Assembly (NCBI GenBank): GCA_002269645.1
Contig: NIVC01000110.1
Coordinates: 496,001 to 560,000, forward strand
Source of the DNA: Macrostomum lignano
Taxonomy: Eukaryota
Length of the DNA: 64,000 nucleotides
Direction of reading: 5' to 3'
A program made the position numbers and the translations under genes. The notes beneath the pieces are model-generated. The model had not been told where the DNA came from. It saw only the letters and a list, made by a program, of their open reading frames with translations, and searched no databases. Below are positions 12,244-22,678 of the stretch, piece after piece; the first letter of the stretch is position 1, and every line of letters starts with the position of its first letter.

Positions 12244-13233
12244 TTAAACATGCAGAACTTCGGGTGTCTGCGGAGTATCTGGATAGCGAATTGGTCGGTT
12301 AGTTTCTTCAGCTCGCACCAGTCGTTCCGATTCAACTTTCGGACCAGTAGTGCTGCTCGGAGAGGACGAGTCACTTGGCTGCCGCTCAGTGGCCTCTTCG
12401 CCCTCTGCAACAGCAGGGAGCTGCTGGACAGGCTGTCCTGTGGCTACACTGAAGTCCGCCGGTGACTGAGGATACTGGTTCACTGAAATCGTGTCGTTAT
12501 CAGATCTAGCTAATGGTGGCGCTGTCGGAAGCAGAGGCTGATTAGTAGCTTCTTCATCTTGGTCGACTTGATCTTCATGGATGGAATTAGTAGAAGCTTC
12601 AGTTTCATCAACAAATGACACTGTGGCTCGTACGTTTGACCCCATCTGTGAGGCTGATGACGCAAGCAGATTTAATTGGATTGCATCGCGAGTGTTAGTG
12701 TTCTGTCTAGATATTTTCACGACCACAAATCCAATTAGAGCAAAACTGCATAGCGCCAGAGTGGCAAGAATTGCGACAAGTAAGACCATAGGGCTGGCTG
12801 CCACATCTGCAGACTGAATGGATGGCTTTTCGATAACTGTGTTAGAATTAGTGGCTGCGGTAGTACCAGTGGTTGTTGTTGGTGTTGTTGTCACTGTCAC
12901 TGTTGTTACCACGGGACTCTCAGCACTAGTGGTTAGGCCAGGCTTATTAGCCGTGGAAATCGGAATGAACAAATCGGTACACGAGTTTTCCGACTTCCAT
13001 TTTTGGCACAAAGAATTGTAGAATTCCTTAGAGTTTTCATTCATAACAACACTGTCTAAGCATGAGGATAGTTCTGATGTGCACTGACTGCAAGAGCAAG
13101 CATCGTTCCTATATTGAACTCTGAAGTCGCATTTTTCAATTGGATGCTCTGAGCAGATGGACAGCTGATATGTAGAATGCACCATAGATAGCAGAACCAG
13201 CACAGGCACCAGACCAGAATTCAGCATTGCCAT
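12244..13233 (-). CDS. Type I membrane protein, 329 aa: signal peptide, small Cys-rich ectodomain, Thr-rich stalk, TM, acidic low-complexity tail
   Basis: MAMLNSGLVPVLVLLSMVHS signal, 8-Cys ectodomain, TTVTVTTTPTTTT stalk, TM MVLLVAILATLALCSFALIGFVVV. Confidence 0.75.
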   Translation of the reverse strand: MAMLNSGLVPVLVLLSMVHSTYQLSICSEHPIEKCDFRVQYRNDACSCSQCTSELSSCLDSVVMNENSKEFYNSLCQKWKSENSCTDLFIPISTANKPGLTTSAESPVVTTVTVTTTPTTTTGTTAATNSNTVIEKPSIQSADVAASPMVLLVAILATLALCSFALIGFVVVKISRQNTNTRDAIQLNLLASSASQMGSNVRATVSFVDETEASTNSIHEDQVDQDEEATNQPLLPTAPPLARSDNDTISVNQYPQSPADFSVATGQPVQQLPAVAEGEEATERQPSDSSSPSSTTGPKVESERLVRAEETNRPIRYPDTPQTPEVLHV

Positions 13234-13889
13234 TGTAAAAAATCTAAAAAGACAATAGAGTTATATTGTAAGTGTCATACTGGGAACCATAAATCTATTA
13301 TTATTTTTAAGATAAATGAAATAAAAAGAAGCAAGCAAAATATAAAATTATTTATATTAATATTAATATTAATAATATTTATATAATATAATATTTATAA
13401 ATTATAAATTATAATATAATTATTATAATATTTATAATAATATTTATATTAATGTATAAATTTGTATAATGTCAACTAAAAATACAAATATAAATAAAAT
13501 ATAAAACATAGAACTAAATTTGATCAAGTTTAACACCCCTATTACCTTTACTAAATTTAATATTTTATTTATTTATTTAATCTTACTACTTTTTATACCT
13601 TAGCTTTACTTATAAAGGTCTAAATGCTTGAACATCTTTACATTGTCTTGGCAGTTGTTTGTTATCAATATGGTAACCACATAAAAATGAGTGATTAAGA
13701 GGTAGTCTGGTCTTCAATTTAAATTTTTTATATTAGATTTTTTTTTTGTTTGACTTGATTTATTTAGAAAAAAAGAAATATATTAGCCAAAAATGCAAAT
13801 TTGCAAATGTAAATTTTCAATATCAATTCACTGTGTAATCTAAATATACTAAATCTCTAAGGTTTGTTTGTATGCTTGCTTGTCCATCT

Positions 13890-14100
13890 ATCTTCTAAAT
13901 ATACTAAATCTGAAAAGTTTCTATATATATATATGTACATAATCCATTTTAAAGAAATTTATTCAACCGATTTTTTCAAACTTGCACCATTCGATCAGAA
14001 ATTCTTGCAAATCGGTACAGTTCTCTTGGCTAAGAGATTGCTTCATTTTAAAGGGATTCAATATTCGAAAAACTGTATTTTCCCTATCTAATTAGTGTAT
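13890..14100 (+). mobile_element. Dispersed repeat, possibly a non-autonomous Helitron-like fragment
   Basis: Shares CAACCGATTTT(C)TTCAAACTTGCACCATTCGATCAGAAATT with 45440-45700; TC/CT-ATATA-rich 5' end. Confidence 0.4.
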
Positions 14101-14579
14101 TTTTCTCAATGAGAGCTCAATATGTCTACAGCCATAGACTAAACTTCAATTCTTGAGCTGATACAATGAGTTATAAATAGTTATACCTAGCTTGTTAAAT
14201 TTTACAATTTATTATGAATATCTTCGTCTTCAACTTGTTTGAAACCTGAACTGATTGTCTGAATTAAAGCTGGGTGTTACAAAATGTGCATAATCACTTG
14301 AACAGAAATGCCTAGACGACATTGCGCTACATTTAAAAGGGAATTGCTGAGATGTCAAGGCTTAAGAGGGAATTGCTGAGATGTCAAGGTCTAATGGGAA
14401 ATTTCAGAGATGTAAAGTTCTGGGTGAATGGCTAAGATTTCAAGGCTTGCTGGGGTATAATTGCTTAGAAGTCAAGGCTTATTGTGGGAATTTTTGAGAT
14501 ATCCATTTTCACTGGGCGGAATTGCTGAGATATCAAGGCTCACTATTGGTGGATAATCATTGGTGGAATTGCTGCGATA

Positions 14580-15375
14580 TATAACTGTCTAATGGGTGCT
14601 GTTGTAAACTGTCTAACGGGTGCTGTTATAACTGTCTAATAGATGCTGTTGTAACTGTCTAACAGGTGCTGTTGTAACTGTCTAATGGGTGCTGTTGTAA
14701 CTGTCTAATGGGTGCTATTGTAAACTGTCTAATGGGTGCTATTATAACTGTCTAATGGGTGCTGTTGTAACTGTCTAACAGGTGCTGTTGTAACTGTCTA
14801 ATGGGTGCTGTTGTAACTGTCTAATAGGTGCTGTTGTAACTGTCTAATGGGTGCTACATGTATTGTAAACTGTCTAATTGGTGCTGTTGTAAATTGTCTA
14901 ATTGGTGCTGTTGTAACTGTCTAATAGGTGCTGTTGTAAACAGTTTAACGGGTGCTGTTGTAAACTGTTTAACGGGTGCTATTGTAACTGTCTAATGGGT
15001 GCTGTTGTAAACTGTCTAACGGGTGCTATTGTAAACTGTTTAACGGGTGCTGTTGTAAACTGTTTAACGGGTGCTGTTGTAAACTGTCTAACCGGTGCTA
15101 TTGTAACTGTCTAACGGGTGCAATTGTAAACTGTCTAATGGGTGCTGTTGTAAATTGTCTAATGGGTGTTATTGTAAATTGTCTAATGGGTGCTATTGTA
15201 AACTGTCTAATGGGTGCAATTGTAAACTGTCTAATGGGTGCTGTTGTAAATTGTCTAATGGGTGCTATTGTAAATTGTCTAATGGGTGCTATTGTTAACT
15301 GTCTAACAGGTGCTATTATAAACTGTCTAATGGGTGCTGTTGTAAACTGTCTAACGGGTGCTGTTGTAAACTTTC
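14580..15375. repeat. ~23-bp minisatellite (AACTGTCTAATGGGTGCTGTTGTA-like)
   Basis: Directly visible. Confidence 0.9.
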
Positions 15376-18370
15376 TAAATTTTTATGTCCCGCAAAGCGG
15401 GTCTAATTGCTAGTTTGGACTAAATAACTAATTTTGCAATGGTGCAACATAGCACCAAAATTTAACAATTTTTCACTAGACAGTTCTATGCCATCTACAT
15501 AGTTATTATAGTTAATAGTCATTTTGTCTGTTGCTAGTTTGTCTCCCACTCTTTCCTCTGCAAAAATATAGTATAGTCATTTTGTTTACCACAAAATATT
15601 AAACATGATATCAGTATTAATATGTATACTTGTATAATATTAAAAACAATTATCTGAAAATCATAAAATACTTCTAATAAAGATAATAAACTCATTTTGT
15701 TAGAAGTATAAGCATATATAAAAATATGGTTTCTAGAAGGACCCAAATATTGACCTATATATAGCTATATATATATATATCTCTACATATAAAAATCAAA
15801 ACTCTGTCTGTCTATGTGTGTGTCTATGTGTGTACAATTTAGATCACTATGGACTCCCAAACCGCTCAACCAAATTACAGTAAACTTTACACCTACCCTA
15901 AACTTACTATGGAGAATGTCTTAGGCTACCTTAAAATTTCTTAGACTGAAGTTTTTGTACCTAAAAGTACAAAAAACTGCTCAAAATGTGTGATTTTTTT
16001 TACTGAATCCTCCATAGTGCCGCTCCACTTCTACCGATTCTCTTCAAATTTGACACAGACAATCTTTAACTATTTTGGCACAATCATGTAAAATTTCAAG
16101 TCTCAAAGTTAATCCTGAGCAATGCTCTGCACTTTTAAAGTTAGGCTGTTTTTTTCTACATAGCAACCACCCCAGCCTCTACCTGCCAGCGCCTGCCTCT
16201 CTTTCCTGATCTGGGCCCAGATGTGTAAAAGGGGTTTCAAAATTGACTAACTTTCAGCTGCCATAAGTTTGTTCCACATAAAGCGATTGACTTTAAACTT
16301 GACACAATTTTTCATTAACTGAAAAAATGAAAAATTGAAATTTTTCAAGATTGATACAGATTGCAGTGAAGCTAAAGTTATATAAATTCCTTTCAAGACT
16401 GCAAATTGGCAAGAAAGATGACATGATAAAAGCCTGAGAACAACCATGAGAATAATAAGTCCCACAAACTGGCTTTCCAAGCAGGGATAGGCAGACTTTT
16501 ATCTCAAAGGCCAGATAAAGAATCAAGCTCATGGCTAAGGGGCAGATGAGTGGAAAGAAGGAATAGATGATTAGAAAGAGAGCAAAGGCAAGAGAGGGGA
16601 TAAGAGAAAATATAGAAGATTCCACAGATTCTCAAATCCCAAATAAATCTCTAGATCCAAACAACAACTTTTGAAACCATATTGGGATTCCAGATAGTCA
16701 AAATCTGCAGAAATTATCACATCCTTTTTCAATAGCTTGTTTAATTTATATCATACTGTTTTTAAATAGTGCAATAAACAAAATTATATATACAGAATAA
16801 TATCATTATAGCTTTCTGTACAATTTGCTACTTTCCTAGTCATTTCTTAGTTCACCTTCACTTGTCTCTGTTTACTTTGTTTTCTCTCTCTCTGTCTAGC
16901 TCAATCTTGTTATTCTTATTTGTCTCCCTCGCTGCCTTCTGATTGGCTCACTAGTCTCGCCTCTCTCTTCAGTTGCGCACTCTACCCCTTTCTTTTTATT
17001 ATCTGCAATTCAACCCCCTAAGTTAATATCTGGTATAAATATATCAGTTTGGGTCCTGCGCCCACTTATTGCTCCAATTTAACTCTAATTAAATAGTCTT
17101 TAGTTTAGTTTTAGTATTTTCTCTACAATATCTTATCTTATATTTTTTCTTTTCTTTTAAAAAAGTCACTTTGTCTGCCAATGTAGTAGGGCATTTTGGA
17201 TGGGAACTGGTTACTCTAACCCTAATCCTAACCCCCAATTATATACGTGACTATTGATTGCTCAGCACCCTTCACTTGATTAAAATTAGTAAATGTTTAT
17301 ATATTGCCATCTACAACTTTGACAAATACAAAGCTTCTAGTTTATTTGGGTCACACATTTATTAGTTCTTGATTTAAGCTGACTTCATTTGCCTTTATTT
17401 CCTTTTTAACATTTTAAAACATACTTTTACAATACATTGCACCAAAAGGTGCAGCTAGTCAGCATTCATGTGCAGCTTATTAGCTAGAAAAGGATAGTGT
17501 GATTCCAAAGATAGTATCATTTAAACTTGCAGGCAAATTGCTTCCGCCTTTGGAATAAGTAAGCCCCCCATAGCAGTAATACCCAGTTAGCCATGTCCCT
17601 GCTAGAGGCCTGCTCAAACCTGCTCAAATTTTGTTAAGTGACATTTCTAATTTCATTCTGCAAACTCAGTTGTGACACATTCAGTTATATTTCTTATTTG
17701 TTCTCAATTCATTTATATACGAGAATGTTTTCTGTCTTAGATAGATTTTACAACATTGAGCATTGCAATAAAACATTTCTGCAGTTTGCCTGCATACATG
17801 AAAATGTTCTTGAATTACATACAATCATACAACTGATTAAGAGAATGTAGACCAAAGCATACATATTCAAATTAGTTGCTTATCAACATTGAATTACAAC
17901 AAAATCTCAAAATTCTTATGATTACAAAGTACTATTGCAAATAATGATGTACAATAATAAAAAAGTAATTAATTATTCAATACTAACTTTTAAAATAGAA
18001 ACAAAAACTTTAAACATACACTCAAAGCTCTATACTCTTTTGTCACCAAAATAGATGACACCAAAATGACTGTCATCAAAATAATTGTAATTTTTTCAGA
18101 TATGGTATAATATTGTGAGTAATAATGAAATATTAATAAATAATTCATTGAATAAATTCACTAAAAATTCATGCACAAGCACCAAATAGTAACATGAAAT
18201 AATTAAAGTACAAATACATATATTAAGTTTGTAAGTTTGTTTTAATGCACTGCCACTTCAATATTTGGTATAAATATAGTGTGCATTAATCTTAATTTTT
18301 GTACTTTTAAGTGACTTTTGTACTTTCATAGGACTTATAAGTGATAGTTTCCTAGTTCTATATTGGCTCC

Positions 18371-19008
18371 CAGTGTTGGGCACTATTAATGAAAATCTTA
18401 ACTTCCGTTAATAGCAAAAGCGTTAGCATTAAAACAAAAAATCTTAACTTATTAACCTTTAATTTCATTAAGTTAACTGAAAGTTAACTAATAAGCATTA
18501 ATAAGCATTAATCTGGTAAAGTTACCATAGAAAATATAGAAATCTTATACTAATTTCCAAAGCAGACTTCATAATACACCGCTTTGCTTTTCCACCTTTT
18601 TAGCGAAACACAGAGGTCATCTAAGCAATTTGCAAGCTAAAAGGTAATAAATAATATTTTAAAAAAACTTGTATGCATAATACTACCAAAAGTAAGCATA
18701 CCATAAAGGAATAAACTCAGCTATTTGAAACTTGAAAGCTAATTAGTTAATCATAAAATACAAATAGGAAGGTTGTCTTAATAGCATTAACAGGCATAGC
18801 AAAAATACAAAAGATTGGAAAAGAAGTGAATCAAAGCAATTGGTGCTCACGCGCAACAATAAAGTTACATTGACAATGAATTTGTTGTTAACTCATACAA
18901 TTATTAACACAAATTAATTATTCCGTTAGTTCAAAAAAATTTTAATAGCAATCTGTTAATGTTAATGAAAAATCTTAATGCTTATTAATGGACTGGTGCC
19001 CAACACTG
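18371..19008. mobile_element. hAT-like MITE, 638 bp
   Basis: Perfect 13-bp TIR CAGTGTTGGGCAC / GTGCCCAACACTG; 8-bp TSD TTGGCTCC at 18363-18370 and 19009-19016. Confidence 0.9.
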
Positions 19009-20139
19009 TTGGCTCCCATATAGCCTATATAGTCCCATATAGTCTTGTGCATTAGATTACTAGGCCAATACTTAGGTTAATATAGAGCACTAAGCTAATT
19101 AAACTTAGGCCTACTCATAATGATTAGTCTTAAATACTAAAGTATCAGAATAAGGTGTAAGTCCAAGGTCTAAATATTATTATACTCTAATAATAGACTG
19201 TGCTCAAAAGAAATACCTCTAGAGATAGACCTAAAGTAAAGATTATATAGTGCACTATAGTCAAGATGATATACATTACACCAGAAATTTCTGGTGTACA
19301 ATTGAAAATTTTACTTGGCCTACAATTGGCGTAAAAATGAGTCAAAATATATTTGGCATACCTTTTAGCGTGACGCCGTGGCATAAATATGCCAAGTAGT
19401 GTATGCCAACTCCAACCTTCATGCCAAAGTTAATATTAACAATTATTGGCATAATGCCATAACCTCAGAATCTTATTATAAAATCATAAAAACCATAAAG
19501 CTTGTAGGATGAAAATTTTATAACTATTTGATTTATAAAAAATTAAAATTCCACACAAACCAATTGTGTAATTTTCTATAAAAAACTTTAACAAAAAATT
19601 GATTTTTGTTGGCATTATCTGTAAGCCAATTTACTTTAAATGAAATCCACACATTTGTTAAATAATTTAAAGAAAAATATGTAACACACAAAGGTCATTT
19701 ATTGTCCCAAAGCCTAGAAAACCTGGCGTAAGTTCCTAGGACCTTGGCATACATTTCAGTATGAAGTGGCATAGATTTTTAGGGGACTTTTTATTCCGGC
19801 ATATACCATGAGTCCATGACATGATCCTGACTAGGCCCCCCTATGGATAATGTATAACAAGGTCTAAGAATAGTATATATGTATGCCACAGCCAGGAAGA
19901 CGGTAGAATCCTCGGAATTTTCCGGCGCAAATCAGCAATTTGCCGGCGCACGGCGCACACTTCACTGCGCCCCGCGCATGGGCTCGGCGCATCGGCGCAT
20001 GGCTCGGTGCATCGGTGCATGGCTCGGCGCATGGCGCACAAGGTACGTCAGTGTACGTGACAATATAATAATGATATTGTATATTAAATGTCAATCAATC
20101 AATAAAATAAACGATAGTCGATACGATAGTCGTTATTTC

Positions 20140-21804
20140 AGTAGTAGTAGTAGTAGTAAGTTGGCTCAGGCAAGAAGCCTGTTTGGCCAATATATTTCTA
20201 TGTATTTAAGATTGCTTCAGGAATAGGAGACAATATTTTAGCACTAGTTATTTAATTATGATTAGTACGAGTTTTGCAAAATGGTATTTGAAAGAACGCG
20301 GAAAAGTTATTAACGATACTTGGACGACTAACGAAGCGAAAGAAAAAGCAAGGAGTTAAAAAAAGTATTGCAGTTAATAAAAGTAAAAACGAAAGAAAAA
20401 TGAACAAAAACGAACTTCGAAGGGACTTTACGTTAAGCGAATGACGACGATTTAAATAGGTATTAGATAGGAAACTAATTAAATACTAATTAAGTGCTAA
20501 TTAAGTAGGAAATTAAAAATGGGAAAGGCGGATTTATTTCACTGCTGATATGTCTGTTTCAGTTTGCATAACTGTTTTAGCTATTCATGACTTCATATAT
20601 TTTAGCTACACCAGTGAGCTCTTTTCTGACTCTTTTTTCATTTGTAGCATATCCTAACTTGTGTACTTGCTTGTCATTTAGGAGGTACTGACAGAAGTAT
20701 TTTTTTCTGAACTTTTCGGTTTGTGGACATTCGGTCAAGTAGTGTAGGATATCGGAACCATTTCTCGCTCCACACAGTCTACATGGTTCATGAGAGAAAA
20801 TGTTGGGTGTAATTTCGCATTTCAGTTTTAGGAGGGTTGTTAGGAATTTTTTGTTTCTAAAAGTGCATGGAAAGTAATCTGAAAGGTCAGGCCTGCAGAT
20901 TTTTTTGTAGAGATAGGCGTTTTTATAGAGTTTAATATGTTGCTGATTCTCTAGCTTTTGGCTAAGTTCTCTTTCTCTGTGTATCTTGAGGTGCTTTTTC
21001 ACTAGGTATTTCTCGTTATTAAAGCTTTGGGAAAGTTTATCTTCAGTTAGTGCTTTTAAGTCTATACTTTCCAGTTTCTTTAGTATATTTGTTTTCCATG
21101 GATTTTTTTGGCTGGTGTTTGAGTAGAAAATTTCTAGTGTCGTTTGGCAAAGTTTTTGATGTCTAATCTTCAGCCAGTAGGTAAGATAGGTTTTAGCAAT
21201 TCGTTGGGAGATTGGAGTAAGCTCAAGTTCTGATGATATCACACTGTTGCTAGCAAATTTTGGTAGATTGAGGAGATATTTGTAGAATTTCAGCTGAATG
21301 TTATCAATAGCTTTTGTTTCAGAAATGGTAGCCAGAGGGCCCCAGAGCTCACAGCCGTACGTGATAACGGGGGTGACAAGCGCGTCGAATAGTCTGCGAA
21401 TGAGTGTGATGTCCAGGGACGTATTTTTTACCTTGTGGAGTAGGGAAAACATAGCTGAATAACCCTGCTTAGTTTGATGTTCAATACATTTTTTAAAGCT
21501 GTTTTTTGGTTCAAAAATAATTCCCAGGTATTTAAATTCATTTACTTCCTCTATTTCTTGGTTGTCGTAGATTATTTTTGTAGCAAAACTTTCTGTGTCA
21601 TTTTTTTGTCTGGTACTGCCCTGCATAAACTTTGTTTTGCTTGCATTAACTTTCAAGTAGTTTTGCTTGCAGTAATTTTCCATAGTTGTAAATGTGTCTT
21701 GAAGTTCATCTTTGTTTTTAGCTAGAATGGCTTGATCGTCCGCAAAGAGCAGGATGAGTGGGAAAGCAGATCTCGTAAGAGAGCGCCTAGCTCCAATTTC
21801 CAAT
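20140..21804 (-). pseudogene. 5'-truncated non-LTR retrotransposon (LINE) ORF2: C-terminal reverse transcriptase, thumb and CCHC knuckle
   Basis: ORF 20577..21803 has LLFADDQAILA, LKVNASKTKFM, FKYLGIIF and CRLCG...HYLTEC; AT-rich 3' UTR with a (TAC)n tract near 20140-20157. Confidence 0.85.
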
Positions 21805-22112
21805 AGTAGTATATAAAAAGACGCTTCTAGACCCAGAGCACTTTTTTAACGACCGTTTTAAGGGTCCAGAGGGGGGACACGGGGGGTAAATAAAAAAACA
21901 CATCTAAACACCATTAACACATCTAATCACCCATAATCACCCCTAACAATAAAAATCACTTCCCAACACTTCCAAACACTCCCCAACACCCCCCTCGCGT
22001 CCCCCCTCTTAAGACCTTACAAACGGTCATTAAAATAAGGTCTGATCTAGAAGCGTCTTTTTCTATACTACTACTCTATAACCCCTTGCCCGCGCCGCAG
22101 GCGCGAAGGGTC
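21805..22112 (+). repeat. Left terminal inverted repeat (308 bp)
   Basis: Reverse complement of 44699-45006; I see two substitutions. Confidence 0.97.
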
Positions 22113-22129
22113 TTTTTCTGTTACTAAAA

Positions 22130-22427
22130 ATGACCCGAGTTTACACCTTTTGAGACTGTTGCTAAAAATGCAGAGATAATAAAACAACATATTTTGAATG
22201 GAATAATTGATGAAGTTTATTTAAAATATGACGACAAGCATGACCTAAAGCTTTATCCATTAGAGCTAGATGAGATGTATGATTTAGAACAAGAGGGTGA
22301 GTTAATATTTCAACTTGGAGATTATTTAAATTCGGATGATTGGGAGGTTAGATCAACAGATTCCGAATCAACAAATAGTTCATATGAAACCAGTGATTCA
22401 GAGAATGAAAGTGAAATTTTTATGTGA
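22130..22427 (+). CDS. Small acidic Polinton protein (probable frameshift near the start)
   Basis: Open frame 22134-22427 with a D/E/S-rich C-terminus; AAAAATG at 22130 is one base out of frame. Confidence 0.4.
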
Positions 22428-22443
22428 AAAAAATATTTAAAAA

Positions 22444-22668
22444 ATGAACTATTATTCTATAACAGAAACGACATTTATTGTGAAAAATATATATAAAAAA
22501 ATGAAGGTAAACTATTCCTACATCGGAAATGTGCCGATTAATGAACTTAATGAAAATTTAAGTTTGATAACACTTGAACAAATGTCAATAATAATATTAG
22601 TAACAATTATAGTAATAATATTGTTTTTGTTTGTTATAAAAAATTTACTACCATGTTGTCTTAAGTAA
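22444..22668 (+). CDS. 74-aa membrane protein
   Basis: AAAAATG start; C-terminal TM MSIIILVTIIVIILFLFVI. Confidence 0.6.
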   Translation: MNYYSITETTFIVKNIYKKMKVNYSYIGNVPINELNENLSLITLEQMSIIILVTIIVIILFLFVIKNLLPCCLK

Positions 22669-22678
22669 CTGTTTGAAC

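Noticed and set aside
20140-20157. (AGT)6 tract as an additional Polinton terminus
   Set aside because: Not followed by the TIR sequence; better explained as a LINE 3' microsatellite.
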